In this document: piece by piece, positions 48,201-62,355 of the stretch
Position numbering within the stretch: position 1 is the stretch's first letter
Layout: each line of letters begins with the position of its first letter
Assembly: GCA_964270895.1 (NCBI GenBank)
Contig: OZ185438.1
DNA length: 64,000 bases
Source of the DNA: Podarcis filfolensis
Taxonomy: Eukaryota
Strand: one strand, 5' to 3'
Program-made: the position numbers and the translations under genes
Notes under the pieces: model-generated
Seen by the model: only the letters and a program-made list of their open reading frames with translations
Databases searched by the model: none
What the model was told of the DNA's origin: nothing

Positions 48201-51200
48201 CCTCCGCCTCGCACCGTTTTCTCCTCTTTCAGCTTGGGAAATCCGGCCCCCGTGTTCCCTCTCTCTAAACGTGGGCCTTTCAGAGGATCCTCCCCATCCC
48301 ATCCACCCTGACCTTTTCCCCTTCCACGTCCCCTGATTTTTATTTTCTTTTTAATGCGAGATCCCACGTTTCTAGTGCTGGCCACGATTTCTCAGTATTC
48401 TCCTTTTTTTCTCTCCCCCCCCCCACAATTCTATTTTCTATTTCCTTTTCCTCGTTCTCCACCTCAAACCTGACCCTGGTCGTGGAGATAAGCGCCCGAG
48501 GCTGGAGCCACCATGGCCTCCTCGATCAAGCCCTAATATTATTAGGATGGAACTGTTGGGAAGGGACCACGAGGATCATCCATTCCGACCCCCTGCAATG
48601 CAGGAGTCTTTTCACCCACCTTGGGGGGCTATCACAAGGAATAGAGCTGTAGCATTGTAGGGTTGGAAAGGGGTTCCCAAGGGCCATCTAGTTCCACCCC
48701 CTGCAGTGCACGAATCCTGCCCACACTCGTCCCTGGGTGGAAAGGGGTTGGGGGGTCGCAGTTCCCTTTTCTATAGGGACGGGCTCAGGAGGTGCAACCC
48801 TCCCATTAGATTTACAGGGGAGGGTCAGATGAGGGGTAGTTGGCTGTACCTGAGTAGTTTGTGGTAAGTTGGGCAACATTATATAGCAAACTAATCGGTA
48901 GACACAGTAGCTTCAAATACTGCTTATGCTGGCAACAAAAATGACCTCAGCTGCAATGTTCCTGTGTTGTTCTAAGTTTTGTCATTCGTTTGTTTACATA
49001 GGCATGCGCCATTCTGGGCTGTGCTGGAGCACCTGGGGGAGATGGGTCTGTTCTGATTGCCATCTCTTTCCAAGACACTGGGCAGGGATGGGGCCACCCT
49101 TGAAGAAGAATGAGTCTTATGTCCACAGTCAGCTAATTTGCTGTGTGGTAATCAAGGAGGGATTCTTAAAATAAGTGTCATGTGTGCTTTCCCTTCCCCC
49201 AAATTACTGTGGCCGGAGGGATGTAGATCTCTTGAAAACTTAGCAGAGCTTGTGCGAACCGTGAGATAATGAACCTGTCTCTTCAGCTTTGTGTTTTCTA
49301 ATCTGTGAAGTGGCTTCAGTGTTCAATAGGGTACTGAATGAAGCTTTCCCCCTTTTCTGTTGTATGTGTCTTATTATTAGAGAAAACTCTGAACTACAGG
49401 ATTTCTCTGTAATTAGTAAATCAGGATAGTGCTTTATTTCCACCCACAGGAGTGCTTTACATCCTTTATTGTAAAGCCTAGTGGGGAATCTCTGTTCCAT
49501 TGAAATAAATACCGGCGTCTGGCTTAGCATTTTCTCATTGGATGGCTGTGCTGGGGCTTTTATCATTTACATCACTGGAGCGGTCAGTAGAGTTCAGCAC
49601 ATTCTTTCATTGGGAACAATAGGGTAAAAAAATCTGTTCTTAGTACCCTAATGTAAAACAGATCAGTCTGATTATTTTTCAACATTGTACATACCAACAC
49701 AAGCAATTTAAATATTGTGAAGCTGCTTGGCATACATGTATGTTTTCTGAAACATAGATGAAAGAAGAGGCAAATGGTGTATTTGAGCAAAAATAAATTC
49801 TCTTGTGCTGCTCATAATGTGACCAGTTTGTAAGGACCATGTGAGAGGAAAACCTTTTGCCTCTGGACATAGACGGTGGTGGTGTGTGGTCCCTGGAAGG
49901 TTACCCAGGATGAAATGCTGAAAAAAGTTAACCCAACCCCTGCTGGAAAGCCAACCAGTTGAGGAGAGCTCTTTAAGTGGAAGTCCACATGGGTTAGGGT
50001 CCTGAAAGTAGTCTGAACAGCAACAGCCAGTGTGTCAGGTAGGTGAAGCTGCTGGTAGACAGTGTATGGGAGCAGAAAAGGGAACTCCTGCTCTTCTTGG
50101 CACTGGGAGATGGGAGTAGGGTGCCGCGTTCATCACCAGGTATTTGCATATTGAAGGATGTGTCACTGTCTACCAGCACAAAAAGTGTAAGGAAAGGAAA
50201 TCACTCTCAGCCCTTTGTCAGAGTGCATGGCAGTTTTTCATGGCGAGTCACCATACCAGCCACTACTGAGTATGAATGAGAATGATGTCACCAAATTAGA
50301 AGAGAGGATTGAGATCACTAGTTTTTGGAGTAGGTTTGCATACGGAAATAGGCAGTCCTTAGTCTTGATTTCTTTTACTTCTCCACTGTGCTTACTTTGG
50401 AGAGTTAGCAGGATCTAGGCTGAAGAGTTCCATTTTTCTTTTAAAATGTCCACAACGCTACATTGAACCTTTTTTGTGTTTGTTTTCTGGAATCTATGCA
50501 AGAGGGATGTCTTGAAGCTCTTTGCATTTTGAATATGCAGTGTGAATACACACAACTTGCTTAGCAGTCGCACTGGGGGGGGTCTGCCTAAAGTCGAAAC
50601 CATGCATGACCATCGCTACCTTTTTGAAGCCAGTGTGAGAAGTGGGCTTTGTCCGCCTTCCTTACTGGGCTCTGGGAGGGTCTTGCATGGGCTCTGAGAA
50701 GCTCCAGCGAGATCCAGAGCCCATCTGAGACTTTCCCTGAGGCCGGTAAACAAGCCTGAGAGCTTAAAAGCTCTCTCCACACCAAAAGAACTTTTAAGCT
50801 TTCCACTTTGTGTGCATTTAATTAATGCTCTGTCGGTTGACCTGCCATCAAGTTTGTAAAACTGCAATAATGCAAATTGCAAGTCAACTGTATACTTAAA
50901 TACCTGAAGCAAAGAATATTGGGAATTGTTCATTCCAGCCAATTCCACAAAATCCCATTTCTCAGTCATTCTAATGTTAAAAACGGAAAGCACTGACTGT
51001 CTCACAGGGCAAATCAAAGTAAAAGTAAAGAGCTAGATAGAATAATAAGCAGTACTTCATAGGCTAAAGTAACTAGCGCTATTTGGCAGAACAGAGTTAA
51101 GAACACAGCAAGCACTAATCTCTTTAGAGATGTTGATAGATGTTAGTCTTGCTTTCTAAAGGAAATGATAAAGTTAATTTTCAAGGTTTTAGTTTAGAAT

Positions 51201-51381
51201 TATACCTTTGTTCAATAGAACTGGTGGATCAAACTTATTCAAATTGAAAGTTAATCTCAACATAGGTGCTTCTGTGATATGCTTTCTAGTAAATTTAAAA
51301 ATTGAACTTATTGGAGCATATCTGAGGGTCAAATTAATGCCCCATGGTTTTTGTTTTTAATGATTCTCTTTTCTTTCGTAG

Positions 51382-51462
51382 GAAACATATGAGAACATAC
51401 CAGGCCAATCTAAAATTACATTCCTTCTACAAGCTGTCAGAAATACTACGGTTGCTGAAGAG
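51382..51462 (+). CDS. IPO5: Importin-5, coding exon 2
   Basis: [27 protein letters not shown]; AG/GT boundaries, phase 0-0. Confidence 0.96.
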
Positions 51463-52399
51463 GTATTTTCTAAGAAGTAGTCCCTACAAAACATTTATAA
51501 TGGCATAATTGAAGCATTGTTTCATGTTGTGGTAAAATGAATTAGCATTGTATTTAATGTTATCAGCTGTAATAGGCACCTGAAAAGAAATATATTGCTA
51601 TCAATGTCAGTAAGTTAAAGAAGAATTATTGGAAACTTGTCTCAGTAGCAAACACTACTGCAGTAATGCTAAACCACAGTTCGGTTTTATGGGAAGAAGC
51701 AAGCATGATCATACAGTTCCTTCCTGTCTTTGCCCCATAGATTGGAAGCTTCAGTTCCCATTTTAGTGGCAAACCATTGGTTTTTTCAATGGTTTGATAA
51801 ACCCATTGGCTTGGATCCTAAATTCCCTTCTGTACACGAGTTAAGGCATTCTCCCTTTCCCTTTGACTCCTGGTGCCGTCTGAAATTCTGTTTTCTGAAA
51901 GCAGCCTATCTAATATGCACCTCTGGGCTCATAATGTCTTGGAATCTACTCCTTATTGCATTGCTCCTTAACTTATTTGCTGCCCAAACCTATTATTGCT
52001 TGTGCATTAGGTTTTAATTTCACTTATTGACTTAACAACTGTTGTTGTAGAAGCATTTGGAATCAGTAAGTCATGGCAGCTGAAAATGCTATGTGTATAA
52101 GATGCACGTGTGTTGCTATACTATGCAAAATTAAGACCAAATATATCAATATTGCAATAAATCACAGTGAGTATTCTGGCATGTACGCTGGTGGAACCAT
52201 CACATCTGACATACATCAAGAGATCTGTACAATGCCTGTGTTGCCTGACACTGCCATAGATGTTCCCACACAACACAAATAGAAGTGGTTCAGTCTTCCA
52301 CACATTCTATTTCTGTTGTCCTTAGCATACTTGTCCACTACAATGTGGCTGCTCATTTGGTAGGATTGCATGTTCGCTGTCTCCCTATTCCCTACAGAA

Positions 52400-52555
52400 G
52401 GGCTGTAGCTCAATAGTAGAACATCAGCTTTGCATTTAGACGTTCCCATGTTCAATCCCCAACATCTCCAGGTCGGGCTGTGAATATCCTGCCTGAAACC
52501 CTGGAGGGGACCTGCTAAGCTAGATGAAGCACTGGTCTGACTTTATATAAGGCAA
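52400..52555 (+). mobile_element. tRNA-derived SINE (degenerate)
   Basis: GGGCTGTAGCTCAATAGTAGAAC...GTTCAATCCCC A/B boxes followed by CCTGAAACCCTGGAG...GGTCTGACT...ATAAGGCA. Confidence 0.55.
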
Positions 52556-53222
52556 AATGCTGTGGTCCTTTGTCAGTCATCACAGTATTTCAAGTAGAAC
52601 ATGCCACCAATTTTGATTCAAATGCCTTGTACTAATTAACTGTCAATATCTGAGCTGAAATAACTGATAATTCATATTACTGTGGTTAGTGTATACCCAT
52701 TGACCCCCTTCTGAGGAACTTATTCTGGAATTTTTCTGGTTTGGAGTTTGCAGTTATAACTTGCTTGAAAGAATGAATACTTAAGTATTCAAAGTAACAT
52801 TTGAATTAATATTTTTCAATAGAGTCTTTAATATATACCTAATCTGTACACAATTCACTTTATTCTTTCATGTTAACACTAAGTTAACTGTTAACAAATG
52901 ATGTTTCCGTATAAATGTTAATATATGGTAGAAAACATTTGATTTAATTTTCTGAAACTATTTACTAAATGCCTCTTAAGTTCTTCTAACATAGAGTCAG
53001 TCACCTAGTTTAGTTCTTATACCAACTGTGACATGAAATAGTTGAGTAAAAAATAGCTATGTGACTAAAGATGCCAAAAATAGGTGCGGCAGAGTCAGCA
53101 CTTTGGCTGAACTTCTAGGTGTTTTGTTTATGCTTTGTAGGAAAACAACAGCAAAGAACAGAAGTGGAATATATTGTGTTGAAATTAATTCTCCCTCATA
53201 CAATGTATATCTGTCTTAATAG

Positions 53223-53415
53223 GCTAGACAAATGGCTGCTGTGCTTCTCCGAAGACTTTTGTCAGCTTCTTTTGAGGAAGTTTATCCAACGTTACCCCCT
53301 GAAGTTCAAACTGCTATCAAAAGTGAATTGCTGTTGATTATTCAGCTCGAAACACAATCCAGTATGAGGAGAAAAATATGTGATATCGTAGCTGAGCTGG
53401 CCAGGAATCTAATAG
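53223..53415 (+). CDS. IPO5: Importin-5, coding exon 3
   Basis: [64 protein letters not shown]; phase 0-1. Confidence 0.96.
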
Positions 53416-53972
53416 GTATATTATAATATTATCATTTATTTGTATTTCTGTGATGCTGGCTGTGTCTGAGAACATTTAAAGGCAATGTAAACTTAAATGA
53501 AAAATACAGTAAATCAAACAGGCACTAATAATAATTTTAAAGGGTGAACAGCTAGCAGAATCATCATAGGCTAGAAACATGACCATGTTTGACCAGACAG
53601 CATCATCCGTTCATAGATGTTTTCCTAAATAGAAATGTTGTCACTTTCTAGAAAAAATCAAGTGAAGGAAGTAGGCAAGTGGGTTATTCTAGAGTGTGGG
53701 TGCAATTACAGAGACGGCCTATTTAGCATCTTCTCTAATCTTCCACTGTGCCTGAGCTTTCCCATCTCTCCTCCAAGTGTTGTGGGGCTTTAGAAAATAC
53801 TCCTGGCAACCATGCAAGAATATAATGTCCTCACAGTTCACAGCCTATAAGGAAATGCTATGCAATTTTGGCAGTTTTTCCCTTTAAGAGAATGAAACAA
53901 ATTATTACTTTTTGGTTAACTATTGTGGTTTCAAAAATTCCTGTCTTCATGTTTGTATTCTATCTGTTTTAG

Positions 53973-54075
53973 ATGAGGATGGCAATAACCAATGGCCTGA
54001 AGGGCTGAAGTTTTTGTTTGACTCTGTCAGCTCTCAAAATGTGGGACTGCGTGAAGCTGCACTGCACATCTTCTG
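53973..54075 (+). CDS. IPO5: Importin-5, coding exon 4
   Basis: (D)[33 protein letters not shown](W); phase 1-2. Confidence 0.96.
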
Positions 54076-54457
54076 GTATACTATTATTTGCAGACAAGTG
54101 CATGGTCATGCAAGATTGTCAGGTTGTTTAACATTTCTGTTAGGAACCGCATCTTCAAACATGGCTTTCTGACTGGGTTGCAAGGTTCCTAGAAGCAATT
54201 GGATAATGGTGGGTGATCATCCGCAGGGAAGTTATTGAGTGTATTCTGGTGCATGTTCCAATTCACTTGGGGCAACAGTGAGACTTAACTGGCCTTACCA
54301 TTGCTCTGTGTGAGCTGTGTATGAACTTTAGATCTTGCATCAGAGCTCTGACTTAACTCAGAAGAACTTTGTGGCAGACAGTTTGATGTGTGGTGCTCTG
54401 CATAAAGTTTTTAAGGCCTCAGGGATGCTTAAATGCACATTTGTATTGTCCCTTTAG

Positions 54458-54554
54458 GAACTTTCCTGGTATTTTTGGAAATCAGCAGCAACATTATTTG
54501 GATGTCATCAAACGGATGTTGGTGCAATGTATGCAAGATCAGGAGAATCCCACG
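54458..54554 (+). CDS. IPO5: Importin-5, coding exon 5
   Basis: [32 protein letters not shown]; phase 2-0. Confidence 0.96.
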
Positions 54555-55049
54555 GTAATTCAAAACTCATTTCCTCTTTCGTTTGAAAAACGTTGTTAGT
54601 CTTGGAATGTTTTCTACTCTAAAAAAGCAAATGCCCGAAATGAAAACATGCCGCCTTTGTTGAACTGTTGAAATCATTGCAGAAGGATAGACTACCTGGT
54701 TGGGATAAACTTGGAAGCATTGTTTTACAGTAGTTTTTGTTCTCCTTGGGATTGTGGTTCTGGCATTTTCTTGTAGTTGTCTTGGTTGTTGGCCTGTGGA
54801 GCCCTTTGGGGTCCCATCTTGTGTATCATGCTTACATGAAACCATTGGACGTGGACACCTGAGTTTTTGGGGAGTCACAATGTGCTGATGATGCCCAGCT
54901 CTGTCTCTCCTTTGCATCTAAATTCAAGGATTGTGTTCAAAGTCTGAATTAGTGTCCAACACTGGTAATGGGTGAGATGAGAGAGAACAAATGGAAGCTT
55001 AATTTCAGCAAAACAGACGTGTTCCTGATCAAATTAGAGAGATTTTGCC

Positions 55050-55640
55050 TGCTTTTGATAGAGATGCACTTATCTTTAAAAGTTGGATTTGTGACTTGGA
55101 TATTTTTCCCAACTCAGCCCTGAACCTGAATGCTCAGATTTTTGCAATGGCCAAGAATTATTTTGCACAGCTAATGCTAGTGTGCCAACTTCAGCAAAGT
55201 ATCAGATCTGGCCAAGGTGATACATGCTTAGGTTTCATCTTAATTATATCTTATAGTACTGCAACATTATTTTTATGTGGCTGCCTTTGGGGAGAGCATT
55301 AGGAAACTGGTTCAGAATGCTGTAGCCAGACTGACTTGGGACACTTATAAGGAGCATGTGACTCCTATCTTCATAACACCTTCATTGGCTACCATTGTTT
55401 CTGGACACAATTCAGAGTACTGGTTGTGACCTACAAGCCCTTACACAGCTAGAGACCAAACTGCCTTAATTACCATATTTTCCCATATGAGATGTTTCTG
55501 AGAGACCCTTCTTTTTATCCTGCCTACATCTGAAGCCTGTTTGGCAAGAACTAAAGAGAGAATCTTTCTAACTAGCTACACTTAGTCTCTGAGGAACCTG
55601 TTCAGCCCCTTCACCTTACACCACAGGCAAGTACATTTTT
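55050..55640 (+). mobile_element. Old, degenerate L2-clade LINE fragment in an IPO5 intron
   Basis: Residual VQNAVARL...HVTPI...HWLP...FRVLVVTYK-like motifs with frameshifts. Confidence 0.55.
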
Positions 55641-56029
55641 ATTCAGACAGGCCTTTGACCGAATAGGCTGGTGTATTATAACCACTAAATAAGTTGCATT
55701 TGTCCAACATAATTGGACTTAACTGCATCATCTCAACCTGATATAAGACGAAGGAAGCTCAGGATGAGCATATCCTTTCTTCTGAGGATGTTTTCTAGTT
55801 TACTGCTTTAGGAGGACACAGTGTCTTGCTTTTTGAGCATAAAGTTTTAGTACTGATACTATGTATTGGATCTCTGTACGCATACCTGTGGCATGAACAA
55901 ATAAATATCTGATGAGGAGGGAGTGGGTGTGAGTGCAAAAGTTATGAGTACCTTTGATGTACAAGTATGAATTTAAAAGTTTGAGGAACGCTGTATGTTA
56001 CTGATGTTGATATTTTATATTCCTTCTAG

Positions 56030-56134
56030 ATCAGGACACTGTCGGCTAGGGCTGCGGCTGCATTTGTTCTTGCTAATGAGCAAAATCTTCCTCTTCTAAA
56101 ACATTTTGCAGACTTACTTCCAGGAATCCTGCAG
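56030..56134 (+). CDS. IPO5: Importin-5, coding exon 6
   Basis: [35 protein letters not shown]; phase 0-0. Confidence 0.96.
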
Positions 56135-56559
56135 GTAAAAACTCATCCATCAAGTTGACCGAAGTATGTTACCTCCTATAGGCTCTGGCTTGTATTTTAA
56201 GAGTGTTGCTGTTTCCATGTCAATAATACATGAATTCTAGTGTAAGCATCAAGTACACTAGGTGTCAGTAGCAAAAGTTTAAATACAAGGCATAGCCTAA
56301 TAAATAATACACTGTAAATGCCTAAAATACACATTACGTGCTTCCTGCATTTGAGCTTTACCAGAATGTGTGCAAGGGCAGCTACTATATCTAAACACTA
56401 TAAGCGTTAATATTTGTAACAGGGAAGTTGGGATTCTGTGGTATAGGAGAACAGAAGAATTAAGTTCCTCATGTGACTCTGTGATCCTCCGTTGCCATAT
56501 CAGCATTTTTTTCTTAAGCTTCAAATCTGAAAATTTTAATGTTGAAATTAATCTCTATA

Positions 56560-56801
56560 CAGTCGTACCTTGGTTGTCAAACTTAATCCGTTCCGGGAGC
56601 CAATTCGACTCCCAAAATGGTTCAGAAACCAAAGCACAATTTCCAATTGGCTGCAGGAGCTTCCTGGACTCAAGCAGAAGCCACGCTGCACGTTTGGCTT
56701 CCAAAAAGCATTCACAAACCGGAACACTCACTCCTGGCTCTGCGCAGCTCAGGAGCCAAAATGTCTGGGTACCAAGGCATTTGACAACCAAGGTACGCCT
56801 G
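56560..56801. mobile_element. Mariner-type MITE
   Basis: TA|CAGTCGTACCTTGGTTGTCAAA...TTTGACAACCAAGGTACGCCTG|TA. Confidence 0.88.
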
Positions 56802-58082
56802 TAATTGGACCTTTGTTTTTATTGAGAGAGTCCTAACTGAAACAATTATTGCCTTTTTGCTTCACATATATCACAAAATATATGGTCCTATGCCAAAGAG
56901 ATATTTTGATAAGAATTTTCACAAGGGGGAAATATAATATATCTACAGTCTATCTTCTTGTTTATTGCTAACCTCACAATATGTAATGTAACCCTTAAGA
57001 ATTCCAGTCAAACATAATAATGTATAGCAATGATAGCCAACCCGGTGCCCTATAGATATTTTTTTAATTGCAAAAGCCATTCACCCCAATCAGTCCACAA
57101 TATCTGGAAGACCCCACATTGGCTCTTCATGGTGTATAGTGTCTGCAAATATAAAAGATTGTTACCAGTGTGGAATGGAGGATTTTGAAATATTATATGA
57201 TTGGCTTTCTTTTGACGCCTGTTAAAACCCTTGCTATTCTTCCAAGCTTTTAGTGGGTACTGATGGGTGATATTTTGTACCTGCTTTGGCCATGTCAGGG
57301 AACGTTTTCCTATATGTCAGTCAGCTTTTATGGCATTGTAACATGCAAGATGGAAACAATAATCTGAGGTCCTGAAGCAATATGACCTAGTGCTAAGTCG
57401 AAAATGAAGTAGATAGCCCTGGCCTAGGTTTTAAAAAAGAAAATAGACTATAGAATAGATCTGCAATACTATCCTATGCATCTCTACTCAGACGTAAGTC
57501 CTATTCAGTTCAGTGGGGTTCCATCCAGATAACTGAGTAAAGGATGTTGGTCTTAATAGTTACAGCAGATGTAAAAACAATATACATTACGTTTCACACA
57601 AAAAATCCTAGTTATTGCAAGCAAAAAACAGGAAGTGCATATCTTTTTATTAAGGTGCTATGATTTCTTTAGACCTTTAGCCCCAAGGGATATCTGAAAA
57701 TGGAGACAAATTAGTATTGCTATTATTATTACACCAATTTGTAGGCGGGAGGTGAGAGAGCTAAGGAGCACCCTGTAGGCTTTTAGTCTCCTAATCATAG
57801 TTAAGGGATCAGGCGGTATTGCATCTTCACTAGGCAGGAGATTGAGAGGGAGAAGAGCAATGTGAGCAAATAAAACATGCCTTAGTAGGTGAAATTATTT
57901 GAAATAACTCGGTGAGACAAGATACATTTTCTACCTTTTGAGCTCTCCAGTATGTCCTCTAGTCTTTGGTTCTGTGTTTTGGTTGCAGTATGTTGAAGCA
58001 CTGAATGGTGTCTTCCTAACACAGTGCTTGGATTTGAATGTGAATTACAGGTGAAAAAGATATTAACTGAATTCTCTTTTAG

Positions 58083-58205
58083 GCGGTAAATGACTCCTGT
58101 TACCAAAATGATGATTCAGTATTGAAGTCCCTTGTAGAGATTGCAGATACGGTTCCAAAGTATCTACGGCCACACTTAGAACCTACATTGCAACTAAGTT
58201 TGAAG
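58083..58205 (+). CDS. IPO5: Importin-5, coding exon 7
   Basis: [41 protein letters not shown]; donor AAG|gtaagt. Confidence 0.96.
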
Positions 58206-58297
58206 GTAAGTTGACTGTCCCATCCCAATTCATGTTTTGGTTGATTAGATAGGTGGCCCGATTTTTAGTACTATACTTCAATATCTTTCTTTTTCAG

Positions 58298-58418
58298 TTG
58301 TGTGCAGATACTAATCTCAGCAACATGCAACGCCAACTGGCTCTTGAAGTAATAGTTACATTATCTGAGACCGCAGCTGCTATGCTTAGAAGGCATATCA
58401 ATATTGTTGCACAAGCTA
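58298..58418 (+). CDS. IPO5: Importin-5, coding exon 8
   Basis: [40 protein letters not shown]; phase 0-1. Confidence 0.96.
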
Positions 58419-59255
58419 GTAAGTAAATTTATTGTCTTTTATTATATTTTTTTCTCAGTTAGAATTAAAACAGTTAATGTGGCATAGGTTTGTAGATTAG
58501 GTAAAAGACACATACCCTGGTCTTACACAGTAGTCACAGAGCTGTTTTTTAGAAGCCTACTCTAGTCCGCTACCCAAACAACCAGAAGGACGGTGTTTTG
58601 CCTTTTTTATAAGACTCTGTCAAGTATGCAGCCCTGACTGTTGAATCTAAAATGGGGCCAGCATGAAGCAAAAATAAAACACTCATTAACTTTATTAATA
58701 TGGGCACCACATGCTTATTAAGAAGGTATTCTCAGTGCTGCCTGTGAGCTGTTTTTTGTGACCCAAGAGTGGCTTAATAGGTTGTTCTTGATTTTGTTTT
58801 TATTATGTGTTTTGTATTTTTGTATTGTGGTTTTATGTTATGAATTTCCCTGAGATCTGCTGGTATAGGGTGGTATACAAATTTAAATATTAATACTAAT
58901 AATATTAATAATATATTAAGCTAGTGTATATTGAGTCAGTTGAACGGTCCATCTAGCCCACTTCCTACCTTGCAACCATTTTTAGGTAGAAATGCCAGGG
59001 ATTTGGCTTGTCGCCTTCTGCACGCAAAGCATGTGATATAATAATCCTTCCCTGTGGGGCCATTGCACAGATATAATTCGGAACTGGTGCCTCACAATCC
59101 AAAATTACTCTGTTGGTACACGTTGTGGCAGAGTGAAATATGGACAAGTGCCACATTGCTTCATGAATTCTACTGGGATGTGAGGTGGCTGTTCATGAGC
59201 AGTCAGATCTCTGTTAAACCTTTTTCTGTAGATTGAGCAATGTTAATTTCCTTAG

Positions 59256-59343
59256 TTCCTCAGATGTTAACAATGATGGTTGACCTAGAAGAAGATGAAG
59301 ACTGGGCAAATTCTGATGAGTTAGAAGACGATGACTTTGACAG
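59256..59343 (+). CDS. IPO5: Importin-5, coding exon 9 (gene continues beyond the window)
   Basis: (I)[28 protein letters not shown](S); phase 1-2; next exon not found before 64000. Confidence 0.96.
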
Positions 59344-59425
59344 GTAAACAAGTTGTTTTTAAAAAAGGAAAAAAATCATATGGTTTGCCATTCTCAAGGG
59401 CTCCCTTTCATTGCAAGCTTTTCTT

Positions 59426-59877
59426 TGGTACCTACTCAGGTACCCAATCAGAACCGGGGGGGTAGAGTCAGAGGGACTATAAAACCAGCTCTGGGAGGGG
59501 CGAAAGAGGAGTTCGGTGGGAGTTGGGTGGTTGGTTGGAGTGGGAGTGAATTGAGATAGAGTCTGGGGGTAGGTTGAGTTAGTGTAGCGAAATAAGCTGA
59601 GTCAGGAACAGTTAGGAGCTAGGAAGACAAGTAAATATCTGAGAGGTGGTGTTATAGGTCTGGATAGGCACCCTATGATTGTAATTGACCGATACCGTTT
59701 ATGAAACCACACGCTTGTTAAACTGCAATAAATAAACAGAAGTTTATGTTTCAGTTTAAACCTGACTGGACTCAGTATTGTACCAGGTAGGGCCTGGGTG
59801 GTGGCAGCGAGAAATAAAGTGGTGGCACAGGGATCAATAGACGATGAAATGTCTGGGGACCCTGTGTGATCGCCACA
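59426..59877 (+). mobile_element. Probable solo LTR (3' part) in an IPO5 intron
   Basis: CCAAT (59446) and TATAAAA (about 59479) followed by AATAAA signals and a ...GATCGCCACA end. Confidence 0.45.
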
Positions 59878-62289
59878 CCTACTGCTGGCTTGCATGCCCT
59901 TACCTGTGTATGCAACATCCCCACGTTGAGCTGCCAGGTTTTAAATGTCACCTTCATGCAAAGGTGTTCAAATGGGAGCTAACGTGATACATAATTAGCC
60001 CTTAGGTTGATGCGGGTAAGAAAATAAAGGTGCTTAACTTTTCTCACCTTAAAAACCCCAGATTTTTGCAAAAGAGAATCCTTTCTTACAAAACACACTT
60101 TGCTGAGAACAAGTACTGAGGAAGAACTCTCCTACCTGTCTGTAGAGAAGATCTCATATCCTGTAGGGGCCGTAGTGGAGGGGGGAACAAAGGCCCCAGT
60201 TGTACATGCTATTCTTAAATCCAAGGCAATGTTGATTACATCTTATAACAGCAATCTGTCTGTCTTACTAGATGCTTCTATAAAAATCATTTGTTATGTG
60301 ATTTCTAGAAGCAAGCATGGTCCTTCTCAATCATTCTTTTTATTGAAATCAGAGTTTTCAGAAGCATAGAATTTAGTTGTAAAGGGATAACTCTCAGAAT
60401 ACATTAAGGGAGATCGGTGTGTTGATGCATATCAGTAATTTGTTTCATGTTTCCGATTTGTACATCAGCTTTTTATTTAAGTGATTTATTCACATTTATT
60501 GATATAGCCATTAAAGTATAGTTTACAACGTGCCAGGAGCGCTCTGCTATATTTAGAACATATCTTTTGCTTTCTTGGCAACTACTTAGTAAATTATGTG
60601 TATGCCAGAAACCAAAAATAAATGGCATATTTACTAGAGCAGTTTGTTCCCATGCTGGAGTGTACTCAAGCTTACTTAAAGACTGTAACTGTAAATTTAT
60701 GTTGAGATTTCAACCATTTAGAATTTGTATAGGAGCAGGAAACTAAATAAAAGATACTTCGTAGGACTGGTTACTTCATGAATACAACAGTCTTTGCAAA
60801 CAGTAAGACATGGACTGTGTTTGATCTCCTATTAAAGGGCTCAACGTTTGTTTAAGTATCATGTGTAACAAAGAAAAAGATTTTTTGAAGGGCAGAAAAA
60901 TAATGCACTAACAATATACTGTCAGTATTCAAAGGCCATTAGTATTTCCCTCTAAAATGAAACATAACTCAATATAAACCCTCCAGATGTTCAAATAGCT
61001 ATCTGCATGAAATTGGCACTGATTTAAAATACGTTCAAATGTAGCAAGGGCCTTGTAAGTTCTCAGACCGTTGCACAATGGACAGTGAGCATTTATCCTT
61101 CCAGGATCAAGGTGTATGTCTCTTGACAACCATAAGTGCTCACAATATCCACTTATTGTCCTGCTATTAACGTGCATACCATAGGAATATAGTTTAAAAA
61201 TACAGCACCTGCAGTAAAAAACAGTAAAAAAAACCACCTGCAGATTGATTTTGCCAGTACAAAATTTATATGAAATTTAGCTTTAGACTAAAAAGAATAT
61301 ATCACTGAGGTCTTTCAGCATTGCACCTCCAACATCTAGCTGTATTAGACAGTGCCTTCCTCTACAAATGTTGTGGAATCTAATATACCTGAAACAACAT
61401 TTTTGCTGCATCCACCTCGGTTATAAATCTAAAGAAACATTCTGTATAGATTCTGAAGCAATTTCCATTGTCTGGGTTTTGTTTATCTATCTATATCATT
61501 ACATTTTATATCCCACTTTTCCTCCAAGGAGATCAAAATGGCACATATCCTCTCCCCCTCCCCATATTATCCCAGCAACGACCCTGTGGTGTAGGTTAGA
61601 CTGAGACTCCAAAGTTTCTGAGCATCTACTTTACAAAGGTCCAATAAGCAACTATAAATAGTAGTCGTGGATTTAACTTTCTGAGAAGATCCAGTAATTC
61701 CTTCCAACAATTTAGGAGGTGCCAAAGCACTCAAAGCAGTTGGTTTATAAATAGACACCAACAGGTGTTGTAATTGAAGATATTGTCTCCCATTTGAACC
61801 TTTCAACTGTATAAATTCCTCAGTCAACCTATTTCTTCCACAAAAAAGACTGCCACTATCTTAAAATTAGAATTACCCCATAATTTGTCACGTGCATATG
61901 GGTCAAATTGTAACTGACAAGGCAATGTATGTTATGTCTCTTTAGTTGCTAAATTTTTAGGTGCTGTAGGTCTTTTTCTTCTTTAATCCTTAGATCCCAC
62001 AATTAGCCACATCCTGAGAATTCTTAAAATGGCCACTAGCACACAGTCCCCTAAACCAAAAGATAAGCTTTAAGTTTTTTGAGTTTAGAGGGCACCTGTT
62101 CTCTTTTTTTAGGATAACCGAAGTCCTTCACATTCCATGTGCAAATTTAAAGTCATATGATGGTTACATTACTAGTATTATATTTGTCACAAATATGTTT
62201 GGAACACTTATTACTCTTCCCCACCACAACATCTGTAAAATCTCCTAATGCTCAGGCATGTAACACTACTAAAAATCCATAGTAGTGTT

Positions 62290-62355
62290 TCCTGCTTGGC
62301 AGGGGGTTGGACTCGATGGCCCTTGTGGTCTCTTCCAACTCTATGATTCTATGAT
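62290..62355 (+). mobile_element. SINE/CR1-type 3' tail fragment
   Basis: GGGGGTTGGACTCGATGGCC...TCTTCCAACTCTATGATTCTATGAT; similar fragments at about 10850-10950 (+) and 48530-48720 (-). Confidence 0.6.

Noticed and set aside
47503-48385. Several 125-277 aa ORFs over the CpG island
   Set aside because: Stop-poor GC-rich DNA; only 47809-47898 matches IPO5
55910-56004. Possible C/D box snoRNA in an IPO5 intron (TGATGA...CTGA)
   Set aside because: Imperfect C box context, no terminal stem, and the D box is only about 25 nt from the 3' splice site
60929-61237. 102-aa minus ORF with HCPLC resembling a LINE zinc knuckle
   Set aside because: No supporting RT or other motifs; too weak to call
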